Positions 17,640 through 26,763 of a stretch of 64,000 bases of DNA are shown here, in pieces. The position numbers were made by a program, and so were the translations under genes. Location of the stretch: NCBI GenBank assembly GCA_013360745.1, contig JABWBA010000004.1, forward strand, positions 13,275-77,274, in the 5' to 3' direction. The stretch comes from Chthonomonadales bacterium (GTDB taxonomy: Bacteria; Armatimonadota; Chthonomonadetes; Chthonomonadales; CAJBBX01). The first letter of the stretch is position 1. The number at the start of each line of letters is the position of its first letter. The notes under the pieces were generated by a model that saw only the letters and a program-made list of their open reading frames with translations, was not told where the DNA came from and made no database searches.

Positions 17640-19388
17640 ATGCCTATCGGCTCTGCATCAGGAATACCATACATGGGACCCATAGATCACGAGCCGCTCA
17701 TCGAGGGAGACGACGATTCGTCGTTCGGCAACGCGAGCGGTAAACGGCGTCAATCCGCATCGCGGCTTCTGACCGAGATCATCCAGGACACCACGCACGA
17801 CGACCCGCGTTTGGCCAAGCTCTATGCGCTCCGGATGATCATCGAACGCCAGCGCAAGGAGAGCGAAGAGGCCCAGCGCCTCAAGGCCGAATACGAAGAG
17901 ACCTTCAAACGCCTGACATCGCCTGCCAACCGGGTCGCGGTCTACCTCGGACCGGAGTCGGACGGAACGGCGTGTATCGCCATTGGCGACCAGGAGTACG
18001 TCGCAAGCGTCACCCCGGAGATGGAAGAGCGGACTCCTAAGATCGGCTCACGGGTGAAGGTGAACGAGGCGTTCGCGGTGATCGGCGATCTGGGCTATCA
18101 CCCTGCAGGCCCGCTGGTGAAAATCAGCGACGTGATCGACGACCGTCTTCTCCGTATCTCAACCGACCCTCAGGGTCTACAATCGCGCGTAATCCAGCGC
18201 TCCACGGATCTTCAAGACGTTACGCTGCACGCGGGCGACGAAGTGCGCCTCGAGCCGAATCTCAAGGTGGCCATCGAGCGATATCCGACGAAGGAGGCGC
18301 GAGACTACTTCCTCGAGGATGTCCCACCGCTGGAGTGGAGCCAGGTCGGCGGCCAGGAGCACGTCATCCAGGTGATTAACGACGCGATCCAGCTCCCGCT
18401 GCTCCATCCGGAACTCTATGCCCGATTTGAGAAGCGACCGCTCAAAGGGATCTTATTGTACGGCCCTCCCGGATGCGGCAAGACGTTGATCGGAAAAGCC
18501 ACCGCCTACAATCTGACGCGCGAATACCGAGAGCTTACCCACACGAAAGTCACTGAGTACTTTATGTATATCAATGGCCCCAAGGTACTGAGCATGTGGG
18601 TCGGTGAGACCGAACGGATGATCAGAGAGATCTTCGCAACGGCCAGGGAACGCGCAAGAGAAGGGCGCCTTGTATTCGTCTTTATCGACGAAGCCGAATC
18701 GTTGTTGCGAACTCGAACGTCGGGCCGGTGGTTCAACATCTCCAACACCGTGGTCCCTCAGTTTTGCGCCGAGATGGACGGTCTCGTAAGCCTGGACAAT
18801 GTCGTCGTCATCCTCACCTCCAATCGCCCGGACTATATCGATCCAGCCATCCTCCGGCCCGAACGGATTGACCGTAAGGTTAAGGTCAAACGGCCAGATC
18901 GGCAGGCCTCGCGGGACATTTTCGGCATCTATCTCCATTCGGGTATCCCCGTGGATCCGGATCTCGTTCGCCAGCATAAGGGCGACCCTGCCGCGGCGAG
19001 AGAGGAGATGCTTGACATCATCGTCGACTATCTCTGGCAGCGGAATACCGAAACGAGTTTTCTTGAGGTGTTCCTCCGTAACGGCAGCGTTGAGACGCTC
19101 TATTGGCGAGACCTCGTAAGTGGAGCCCTCATCCGTTCGGTTGTAGAACGAGCCAAGGATTTCGCGATACGTCGCAGCATTCAGAACCGCTCCGAAGTGG
19201 AGGGCATCACGGTCCACGACCTTCGAGAAGCGACCCGGATCGAGTACAAGGAAAATGAGATCTTCCCGAAAAGCGACGCTCAGGAGGACTGGTTGAAACT
19301 GCTCGACTACGATCCGGAAAACGTCGCCGCTGTTCGCCCTATTCGGCCTGAACGCAAACGCACCAGTTCAAAGCGCGATATTATCTAA
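17640..19388 (+). CDS. arc: Proteasome-associated AAA ATPase ARC/Mpa
   Basis: N-terminal coiled coil (RLAKLYALRMIIERQRKESEEAQRLKAEYEETFKRL) and an OB-like region. Walker A is GPPGCGKT and Walker B is VFVFIDEAES. It sits first in the pup-proteasome cluster. Confidence 0.9.
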   Translation: MPIGSASGIPYMGPIDHEPLIEGDDDSSFGNASGKRRQSASRLLTEIIQDTTHDDPRLAKLYALRMIIERQRKESEEAQRLKAEYEETFKRLTSPANRVAVYLGPESDGTACIAIGDQEYVASVTPEMEERTPKIGSRVKVNEAFAVIGDLGYHPAGPLVKISDVIDDRLLRISTDPQGLQSRVIQRSTDLQDVTLHAGDEVRLEPNLKVAIERYPTKEARDYFLEDVPPLEWSQVGGQEHVIQVINDAIQLPLLHPELYARFEKRPLKGILLYGPPGCGKTLIGKATAYNLTREYRELTHTKVTEYFMYINGPKVLSMWVGETERMIREIFATARERAREGRLVFVFIDEAESLLRTRTSGRWFNISNTVVPQFCAEMDGLVSLDNVVVILTSNRPDYIDPAILRPERIDRKVKVKRPDRQASRDIFGIYLHSGIPVDPDLVRQHKGDPAAAREEMLDIIVDYLWQRNTETSFLEVFLRNGSVETLYWRDLVSGALIRSVVERAKDFAIRRSIQNRSEVEGITVHDLREATRIEYKENEIFPKSDAQEDWLKLLDYDPENVAAVRPIRPERKRTSSKRDII

Positions 19389-19440
19389 GCCGTCCGATCG
19401 CCCCGTTAGTGCGGAGCGATACGCGCGGCGGCTATGATCC

Positions 19441-21003
19441 ATGACGCGACTCCTGGGACTCGAAACGGAATACGGCCTGGACATCGATGGGATTGAACCC
19501 GGACAGATGATCGCGGAGAGCCGAGAGGTCGTTCTCTGCTGTCCGCAACCCTATTTCGACAAATGGGACTACGCCCATGAGGATCCGCGTCGGGACATCC
19601 GGGGATACCGAGTCAAACGGCTCCGCCGACCCGCTTCCGAGGTCGAGTACGCTTCGGCTGACCCGCGATTTCGGTCGATCAGCGAGGAGCACGCCGATCG
19701 GATCCTCCCATGTGGTGCGCGATTGTATAACGACCATGGCCATCCCGAGTTCAGTACGCCCGAATGCGTATCGCTGCAGGATCTGGTCCGCTATGACCGG
19801 GCCGGTGAGCGGATCGTGCGCCAGTGCGCGGCCTTCTACACTCAGCGTACCGGCCGCGCGACCCGGATCGTCAAGAACAACACGGACTTCCACGGGTCCA
19901 GCTATGGCTCCCATGAGTCGTATCTGGTCACCAGAACCATTCCGGCCGATACTCTTATCGCCGCGCTCGCCCCGTTCCTCGCCACCCGTCAGATATTCGC
20001 TGGCGCCGGTAAAGTCGGTCACGACGTGCGGAGGCATAGAGGCTCCTCCTATCAGATCAGTCAACGCGCCGAGTACATCGATACCGTCGCAAGTGTCGAC
20101 ACGCTCACGCGGCGGGCTCTGGTCAACACGCGAGACGAACCTCATGCAGATGAGAACCTGTATCGCCGTCTCCATATTATCGTCGGCGACGCGAACATGA
20201 GCGAATGGGCCACGGCGATGAAGGTGGGCTCCCTGGCGCTCGTCCTCGATGCGCTGGAAGCCGGCTGGACGCCTCCGTTCACCCTTACCAACCCCGTGGC
20301 GGCGGTGCGGGCGATCGCCATGGATCCGTCCCTCAGCGCGCTGGTGCCGGTCGACGCCGTCCATCGCAGCGGCAGTCATCCGTCAGCGATGTCGGCGATT
20401 GAGATCCAGCGAGCCTACAGGGACGCCGCAGGCGAATGCAGCTCCGATCTTCGGGAGAGAGACTGGGTGCTGTCGGAATGGACCGAAGCCCTTGATGATC
20501 TGATGGAAGACCCGGAACGATGCGGTGATCGGATCGATTGGATCGCCAAACGGCGAATGATCCAACTCTTCGAAGAGCATACCGACGGCCAGGCGGATCC
20601 TCAGGGGGCGCTTCAGAGCATCGACCTCGCTTATCACGACACGGATCCTGCCGAAGGTCTATACCACGCGTTGGAGGACGAGGGTGCGATTCGGCGAGTA
20701 GTGACCGACGATGCGATCGAGCAGGCACTCAGGGAGCCGCCTATCGCGACGCGGGCGTTCGTCCGCGGCCATTTCGTCTCTCATCATAGAGACAGGATGA
20801 TCGCCGCCAGCTGGTCGGAGATCGCGTTCCGATCGGAGGACGGCGCCCGAGTGTTCGATATGAGCGGACTGGTCGACGGCTCGCTCGAGCCAATGAACAG
20901 GGACCTGGCCGCGGCGTGTTCCCTGGCGGATACAGAACGCGCGCTTCGGCGATATCGGGCCACAGGAACACGTATAGAAGGTACGAAACAGGATCAAGAA
21001 TGA
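19441..21003 (+). CDS. dop: Pup deamidase/depupylase Dop
   Basis: Member of the PafA/Dop family (GLETEYG ... HPEFSTPEC). It has a roughly 25-residue longer insert between these two motifs than its paralog at 22815, and it lies immediately upstream of the modifier gene, as in known loci. Confidence 0.85.
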   Translation: MTRLLGLETEYGLDIDGIEPGQMIAESREVVLCCPQPYFDKWDYAHEDPRRDIRGYRVKRLRRPASEVEYASADPRFRSISEEHADRILPCGARLYNDHGHPEFSTPECVSLQDLVRYDRAGERIVRQCAAFYTQRTGRATRIVKNNTDFHGSSYGSHESYLVTRTIPADTLIAALAPFLATRQIFAGAGKVGHDVRRHRGSSYQISQRAEYIDTVASVDTLTRRALVNTRDEPHADENLYRRLHIIVGDANMSEWATAMKVGSLALVLDALEAGWTPPFTLTNPVAAVRAIAMDPSLSALVPVDAVHRSGSHPSAMSAIEIQRAYRDAAGECSSDLRERDWVLSEWTEALDDLMEDPERCGDRIDWIAKRRMIQLFEEHTDGQADPQGALQSIDLAYHDTDPAEGLYHALEDEGAIRRVVTDDAIEQALREPPIATRAFVRGHFVSHHRDRMIAASWSEIAFRSEDGARVFDMSGLVDGSLEPMNRDLAAACSLADTERALRRYRATGTRIEGTKQDQE

Positions 21004-21012
21004 GGTGCGTCC

Positions 21013-21192
21013 ATGATAATCCATATTGAGGATCGACTACGGCGCCCGGCCCCGACGGGACCGGAGCGGAAGCCGGATACCGGCCCGTCCAAGCCCGATG
21101 TGCAGCGGCCAACATCGGATGAGCTCCTGCGAAGGATGAAGAAGGTTGACCCGGAGTCCGCACGGCGATACCGCCAACGAAGCGGCCAGTAG
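21013..21192 (+). CDS. pup: Prokaryotic ubiquitin-like modifier, UBact/Pup type (59 aa; not in ORF track)
   Basis: GAGGTG SD 5 nt upstream. Translation is MIIHIEDRLRRPAPTGPERKPDTGPSKPDVQRPTSDELLRRMKKVDPESARRYRQRSGQ, ending in Gly-Gln. It sits exactly between dop and prcB. Confidence 0.8.
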   Translation: MIIHIEDRLRRPAPTGPERKPDTGPSKPDVQRPTSDELLRRMKKVDPESARRYRQRSGQ

Positions 21193-21195
21193 CTC

Positions 21196-21984
21196 ATGTC
21201 CCATCGCGACCTTCGCGCGCTGATCAGCGGCGAGACCCCTGTAATCCCGATACCGGAGCCGGCGGCGCCGAATCCGGCTGCCACGGCGCCGCATCCGTCG
21301 CATGGATCCGCAGTGCACGGCACCACGGTCATTGCCGTCAAATACGCGGGCGGCGTGATCAACGTCGGAGATCGACGCGCGACCGCCAACTATGCCGTGA
21401 TGTACGATCGTGCGGAGAAGGTGCTCCCTATCGACGACTACACACTCCTCGCCATCTCCGGATCCTACGCGCGCTCGATGGAGGTGGTTCGGTACCTCCG
21501 CCATTCGTTCCGGTACTTCGAACGCTCCCAGCTCCAGCCGATGAGCCTGGACGGCAAGCTCTCCGAGCTCGCGAAGGTGATCGCGGCCGGGCTGCCCGCC
21601 GCAATGCAGGGGATCGGCGGCTTTCTACCGTTGCTGAGCACGTATGACCGAACGGCCGGAGAAGGGCGGATTTTCTTCTACGATGTCATGGGAGCCCGCT
21701 TCGAGAGCGGAGAGTTCGCTGCGGCCGGGTCCGGCTCCATGCAGATCCGCGGGGTGTTCAACTATATCGCGCGAACCCGGGGTCCTTTTCACACGATGGA
21801 TCGCCGTACAGCCCTTCGCGAGGCGCTGTTCCTCCTCGATATCGCAGCGGATCTGGACGCGGCGACCGGCGGATGGTCCAAAGTGCTGCCGCTGGCAAAG
21901 ACGATTAGCGCCGAGGGCATCGAGGACGTACCGGAACCCGAGCTGGCAGAGCTGACCAGCGAGATTACGGAACTAGAGGGCTAA
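21196..21984 (+). CDS. prcB: 20S proteasome subunit beta (with 42-aa propeptide)
   Basis: ...SAVHG/TTVIAVKYAGGVINVGDRRAT matches the propeptide cleavage site and catalytic Thr1 context of bacterial PrcB. Confidence 0.9.
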   Translation: MSHRDLRALISGETPVIPIPEPAAPNPAATAPHPSHGSAVHGTTVIAVKYAGGVINVGDRRATANYAVMYDRAEKVLPIDDYTLLAISGSYARSMEVVRYLRHSFRYFERSQLQPMSLDGKLSELAKVIAAGLPAAMQGIGGFLPLLSTYDRTAGEGRIFFYDVMGARFESGEFAAAGSGSMQIRGVFNYIARTRGPFHTMDRRTALREALFLLDIAADLDAATGGWSKVLPLAKTISAEGIEDVPEPELAELTSEITELEG

Positions 21985-21990
21985 TACCGC

Positions 21991-22803
21991 ATGGCGTTCA
22001 CTCCATTTGACTTCAACGAAGCCGTGAGCCAGCGACGGGACCATGCGAACGAGGGCCTGCGTTTCGGCAGCCCTGTTGTCGGCGTCAGCTGCACCGAGGG
22101 CCTCGCGATCGTCACCATACGGCGATCCCAGCGCAAGGTGTTCGAAATCTACGACCGCATCATATACTCGGCTATCGGGAACCAGTCGGATATCGAGGCG
22201 ATCCGGCTCGGAGCCGTCGATCTCGCGGCGCGGGAAGGTTTTCAGCGGAGTCCGGACGACGTGACGGCGCAGCGCCTCGTCGGATTTTCCCTCAGCCCGG
22301 CGCTGAAGGAGATATTCCGAGATCAATGGAGAGCCCCGTCCATAATCCGCGCGCTCTTCGGCGAGCTCGGCGATGTAGCCGAACAAGATCGGTTCTATAT
22401 CCTGAACTATGACGGCGAGTTCGCAGCGCACACCGATCGGGCCGCGCTGGCCGGATCCGCTGCCGCAGAAGATCGGATGCTCGAAACGCTCCATGCTTCG
22501 ATGGGGGATTCCCTTCCTGATCTTTCACATGCGATCGAGGCAGCGCTCCGCGCCTGGGCGACCGGGAGTATCGTCCTGAACGAAAGACACGACGATGATT
22601 CCGATAGCGCGGCATACGACGATCGGGCCCTCCGCAGTCGGCTTCGCGAAGAGCTTCGATCGGCCCGAGTCGAGGTTGGGATCCTCGAACGGGCTCCGAA
22701 CCGTGAAGCCCGTTTTCGCCTCCTTGAGTCGGCCTATCTCGATCCTATCGTTGCTCTGCTGATCGAGGACAACGCGGCCGGCAACGGATTAGAGCAGAGC
22801 TAG
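21991..22803 (+). CDS. prcA: 20S proteasome subunit alpha
   Basis: MAFTPFDFNEAVSQRRDHANEGL...KVFEIYDRIIYSAIG resembles the N-terminus and core of bacterial PrcA. It starts 6 nt after prcB. Confidence 0.85.
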   Translation: MAFTPFDFNEAVSQRRDHANEGLRFGSPVVGVSCTEGLAIVTIRRSQRKVFEIYDRIIYSAIGNQSDIEAIRLGAVDLAAREGFQRSPDDVTAQRLVGFSLSPALKEIFRDQWRAPSIIRALFGELGDVAEQDRFYILNYDGEFAAHTDRAALAGSAAAEDRMLETLHASMGDSLPDLSHAIEAALRAWATGSIVLNERHDDDSDSAAYDDRALRSRLREELRSARVEVGILERAPNREARFRLLESAYLDPIVALLIEDNAAGNGLEQS

Positions 22804-22814
22804 GCGTTGCATCG

Positions 22815-24359
22815 ATGCTCCCACGTGTCGTCGGTCTGGAGACGGAGTTCGGATGCTTCGTGCGGGATTCGGATCTTGGCGAGCCGGAAGACATCGTCGA
22901 GATCGTAAAGAACACCATATTCCAGAACCGACGGGTTGGGGCGCTGGATATCCACACGCGCGATTTTGCGTTCGAACCCGCCGGAGCCGGGGGCTTCCTC
23001 ATCAACGGCGGCCGTCTCTATATCGACGCCGTCGGGAGTCACGAGGAATACGCGACACCCGAATGCGCCTCTCTGACGGACCTTGCGCTCTACGATCGCG
23101 CAGGACGAATGCTCCTACAGTCGGCGCTGGATGACCTGCAGATCGCCGATCGCGTGAGTTTTCACGATAACTCCGTCGATCATTTCGGCGGGCATACGTT
23201 CGGATGCCACGAGAACTATCTCATCCGAGTGGATGAGGATCGGTATCTTCATGCGATCGGCCTCCTGCTGCCGTTCTTGATTACACGGCAGATATTCGCC
23301 GGAGTAGGACGGGTTGGGGGGCATCGTCTCACACGTCCGGACAGCCGGTCCAATATCATGAGCCTCAGCGATCGTGATATCGACTACGTCTGGGTCAGCA
23401 ACTTCTATGGTGTCGAGATCGATCCGGAGGTCGACTTCCAGCTGTCTCAGCGCGCGGACCACATAGTCCGGGCGGTTTCGTCCCGAGTTCGATTCAATCG
23501 GGCCATCATCAACCCCAAGTGGGATGCGTACTACAGCCATGAAGGCGCCCACCGTCTCCATATTCTCTTCGGCGAGGCGAACAAGAGCGAATACGCAACG
23601 ATGCTCAAGGTCGGCGCTACGGCCGCAGTCCTGGATATCATCGAGCGTGGGGAAGCTCCCGAAGACCTGATTCTTGAAGAGCCGCTTCGTGATCTCCGAT
23701 CGGTATCGCGCGATTCCACGTACCGCTGGCTGGTCACGCTGCTGGATGGCAGCACCATCGGTGCGGTCGACCTCCAACGGCGCTATCTCGCAACAGCGCA
23801 GCGCTGTCTCAGCGGTCAGGACGCGGAGACCGATTGGGTCCTCAGCGAATGGGAACGGACGCTGGATGATCTTGAGCGGGATCCTATGTCAACCTCCGAT
23901 CGCCTCGATTGGTCCGCCAAACGGTCGTTGTACGAAGGGTTCATCGCATCCGAAGGGCTATCCTGGCAGGATGACATGCTCCACAGCCTGGACCTCGAGT
24001 ACCACAATATCAACCCGGCCGCAGGCCTGCATGCCGCGCTGGAAGACCAGGGCCGAATGATCCGTTACTCCGACGATGTCTCCGTCGCAAGGGCGATGAC
24101 ATCGCCCCCGGCATCGACACGGGCCCATGCCAGAGGCGGGATCGTCTCGGCGCTGATCGAACGCCCGGGCCTGGGTTACATCGTCGACTGGGATGGCGTT
24201 TTCGTCGAGTCCCGACGTCAGATCAATCTGACCAACCCGCTGCGCACCTATGCGGCCGAGGCACAGCGTTTCATCGAACGGCTGCCGACACCGTCGACTG
24301 CCGAGAAGGGCGCCGGCGCGAAACGCCGGAAGAGCCGAGGTCAGGACCCCGCGGAGTGA
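22815..24359 (+). CDS. pafA: Pup--protein ligase PafA
   Basis: PafA/Dop family (GLETEFG ... GSHEEYATPEC) without the Dop-type insert. It is the last gene of the cluster. Confidence 0.85.
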   Translation: MLPRVVGLETEFGCFVRDSDLGEPEDIVEIVKNTIFQNRRVGALDIHTRDFAFEPAGAGGFLINGGRLYIDAVGSHEEYATPECASLTDLALYDRAGRMLLQSALDDLQIADRVSFHDNSVDHFGGHTFGCHENYLIRVDEDRYLHAIGLLLPFLITRQIFAGVGRVGGHRLTRPDSRSNIMSLSDRDIDYVWVSNFYGVEIDPEVDFQLSQRADHIVRAVSSRVRFNRAIINPKWDAYYSHEGAHRLHILFGEANKSEYATMLKVGATAAVLDIIERGEAPEDLILEEPLRDLRSVSRDSTYRWLVTLLDGSTIGAVDLQRRYLATAQRCLSGQDAETDWVLSEWERTLDDLERDPMSTSDRLDWSAKRSLYEGFIASEGLSWQDDMLHSLDLEYHNINPAAGLHAALEDQGRMIRYSDDVSVARAMTSPPASTRAHARGGIVSALIERPGLGYIVDWDGVFVESRRQINLTNPLRTYAAEAQRFIERLPTPSTAEKGAGAKRRKSRGQDPAE

Positions 24360-24461
24360 GAGGACAATCGGCGTTGCTCACGATCGGACGGGTACAATGC
24401 TCCGATCCGGATGGATACGCTGCTTGCCGATTCCGGTCAGGGAAATGAGGAGTCTGTGAAT

Positions 24462-24983
24462 ATGAACGACAGAACAGTTACCATGCGCGGCACACCGCTG
24501 CACCTCCGGGGTATCGAGCTCCGTGTCGGCGACCGTGCACCCGATATACGGCTTCAGCAGCGAAGCCCGGAGGGGCTGAAAGATATCACCTGGGACGATT
24601 TCGACGGCAAGAACGTAATCCTCAGCGTCGTGCCGTCGCTCGACACACCCGTCTGCGAGAAGCAGACCGTACGCTTCAACGATGAGGTCATCAGCCTGCC
24701 CGCCAACGTCGAAGTGCTGACGGTTAGTATGGACCTGCCCTTCGCCCAGGCTCGTTTCTGCTCCGAGAAAGGGACCCATCAGGTTCAAACGGCTTCCGAT
24801 CACCGTACCGCAGAGTTCGGCGAGGCCTACGGGGTTCTGATCGAGGAACTCCGGCTTCTCGCCCGCGCCATCTTCGTCGTCGATGTCAACAGGCAGATTC
24901 GCTACGTGGAGTACGTGCCCGAGGTAACCGACCAGCCCGACTACGATCGTGCTCTGGCAGCCGCGCGGGAACTGACAGACTGA
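24462..24983 (+). CDS. tpx: Thiol peroxidase (atypical 2-Cys peroxiredoxin)
   Basis: VVPSLDTPVCEKQT active-site context; 173 aa from ATG 24462 behind GAGGAG. Confidence 0.9.
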   Translation: MNDRTVTMRGTPLHLRGIELRVGDRAPDIRLQQRSPEGLKDITWDDFDGKNVILSVVPSLDTPVCEKQTVRFNDEVISLPANVEVLTVSMDLPFAQARFCSEKGTHQVQTASDHRTAEFGEAYGVLIEELRLLARAIFVVDVNRQIRYVEYVPEVTDQPDYDRALAAARELTD

Positions 24984-25035
24984 CGGCGCTCGCTCGCCGC
25001 AGGCTTGCGCCCGATCTCGCTGAGAACGATCGGAT

Positions 25036-26763
25036 GTGAAGCGACCTTCGTACGGTGATGCCATCGCGCTGGCGGCGCTGGGCTTCCTTTGTTTTCTCTG
25101 GCGTCTCGGCGCTCCCGGGCTGTTTGACTTCAATGAAGGACTCTATGTCGAAGCCGCACGGGAGATGGTCCTCCGTTCTGACTACATCACTGGCCGCGTC
25201 AACGGTGTCCCGTTCTACGACAAGCCACCGCTCGCCCTGTGGCTCGTTGCCCTTAGCTTCAAAGCGCTCGGCCAGAGCGAAATGGCGGCCCGGCTGCCCG
25301 TAGCTCTCTCTGCGCTGATCGCCGTGTTCGGGGCTTACTGGTTCGGCCTTCAAGGCTGGAACCGGCGCACCGGACTCCTTGCCGCCGTCTTCTGCGCCTC
25401 CAGCCCCATCTTCGTGGGCACCGCGCGGCAGATGACCATGGACATCCATCAGTCAGCAACGGTGACGCTCGCGATGATCTGCATGTTCCTCGGCATGCGC
25501 GCCGACGAAGCGAAGAAATCCCGTGCGGCTGCCGTGTGGTGGATGGGCTTCTGGGCGATGTGCGGCGCCGGTTTTATGGCCAAGAGTTTCCCGGGCCTTC
25601 TCCCGATTCCCATAGCCGTCGTCGTACTGGCGGTCCGGTCGCGACTCGCTCCGCTGCCAACGCTGCGCGCATGGTGGTCCGCACGTCCTGTGCATGGCAT
25701 GCTGGCGCTCGCGGCTGTGGTGGCGCCCTGGCACCTTGCGGCTTATCATAAGGACGGCTCCTACTTTGTCTATGAGTACTGGACCCTTCACCATGTCGCT
25801 CTCTTCAAGGGAACTCAGTTCGATCATGTCCAACCGTTCTGGTACTACGGACCCGCCCTACTCGGCGGCTTCTACCCCTGGAGCATCCTGACGCCGCTTG
25901 GGCTGCGCCGTTATGACGCCAGCGCCGCCGACCGTACGGTCCAGATCCTTATGTGGACCTGGGCGCTCGTTACCGTTGGTATCTTCAGCCTGATGACATC
26001 CAAGCTCGTCAGCTACCTCCTCCCGATGTATCCGGCCATCGCCATCATCACTGCGGCCGGAGTGGATCGGGCATTATCGAAGGCACAGGGAGCGAAGAAG
26101 GCCCGTGCTGTTCCGTTACTCCCACTATCGATCTCGCTGATCGCCGTGCTGCAGCTGGTTGCGATCGCCGCGCTCTGGCAGTATGTCACGCCCCGCCTCC
26201 ACGAGATCCGTGATCCCGAAGCCTTGCCTCTGCTGGCGCCCAATCTGGTCCGTTATTTGTGGCGCGCGGTTGGTCTGCTAGCCTGCGGATCGACATTCGC
26301 TGCGTTTCTCGCATGGCGACGACCCGATCGAGGCGTCACAGCCCTCGTCCTTACATTCCTGGGCTTCCTGATGTTGAGCTGGGAGCAAGGCCTCCCGGCC
26401 TATGATCAAGCCGTGAACCTGCCGCTCCGCAAAGCGGTCCGCAAGGCCGATGCGCTTTCCGGCTCGGGTTCGCCGCTCGTGGTGTTCATCGGGCGGCCGC
26501 GCCGACCCAGCGTGTTTTTCTATCTGGACGATCGTCGCTTGATCAGATCCGCATCAGCTGGCAGACCTAACGACCCCATTATGTTGGAGACGATCGATCA
26601 AGAGCCCCTCCGGCGCTATGTATCGGAGCACGGCCGCACCGTAATCCTTGCAGACCGACAGCGTGGCAAGGACGCCCTTGGCTCGATTGCCCCTTACGAA
26701 GAAGCCTACCGTTCCGGCCGCTGGTCGGTGTTGGTCACGGAACCGGGAGCCTCGAAGCCGTGA
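25036..26763 (+). CDS. GT39-family (ArnT/PMT-like) membrane glycosyltransferase, copy 1
   Basis: Multi-pass protein with the first-loop motif FNEGLYVEAAREMV...GVPFYDKPPLALWL typical of ArnT/PMT enzymes. Confidence 0.8.
   Translation: MKRPSYGDAIALAALGFLCFLWRLGAPGLFDFNEGLYVEAAREMVLRSDYITGRVNGVPFYDKPPLALWLVALSFKALGQSEMAARLPVALSALIAVFGAYWFGLQGWNRRTGLLAAVFCASSPIFVGTARQMTMDIHQSATVTLAMICMFLGMRADEAKKSRAAAVWWMGFWAMCGAGFMAKSFPGLLPIPIAVVVLAVRSRLAPLPTLRAWWSARPVHGMLALAAVVAPWHLAAYHKDGSYFVYEYWTLHHVALFKGTQFDHVQPFWYYGPALLGGFYPWSILTPLGLRRYDASAADRTVQILMWTWALVTVGIFSLMTSKLVSYLLPMYPAIAIITAAGVDRALSKAQGAKKARAVPLLPLSISLIAVLQLVAIAALWQYVTPRLHEIRDPEALPLLAPNLVRYLWRAVGLLACGSTFAAFLAWRRPDRGVTALVLTFLGFLMLSWEQGLPAYDQAVNLPLRKAVRKADALSGSGSPLVVFIGRPRRPSVFFYLDDRRLIRSASAGRPNDPIMLETIDQEPLRRYVSEHGRTVILADRQRGKDALGSIAPYEEAYRSGRWSVLVTEPGASKP

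Noticed and set aside
19432-20379. 315-aa minus-strand ORF; likewise 40941-41729, 42079-42933, 62104-63039, 24378-25133 and 18453-19217
   Set aside because: All lie antisense to strongly supported genes (dop, OYE, the large GH-like gene, tpx, arc) and have shadow-ORF composition.
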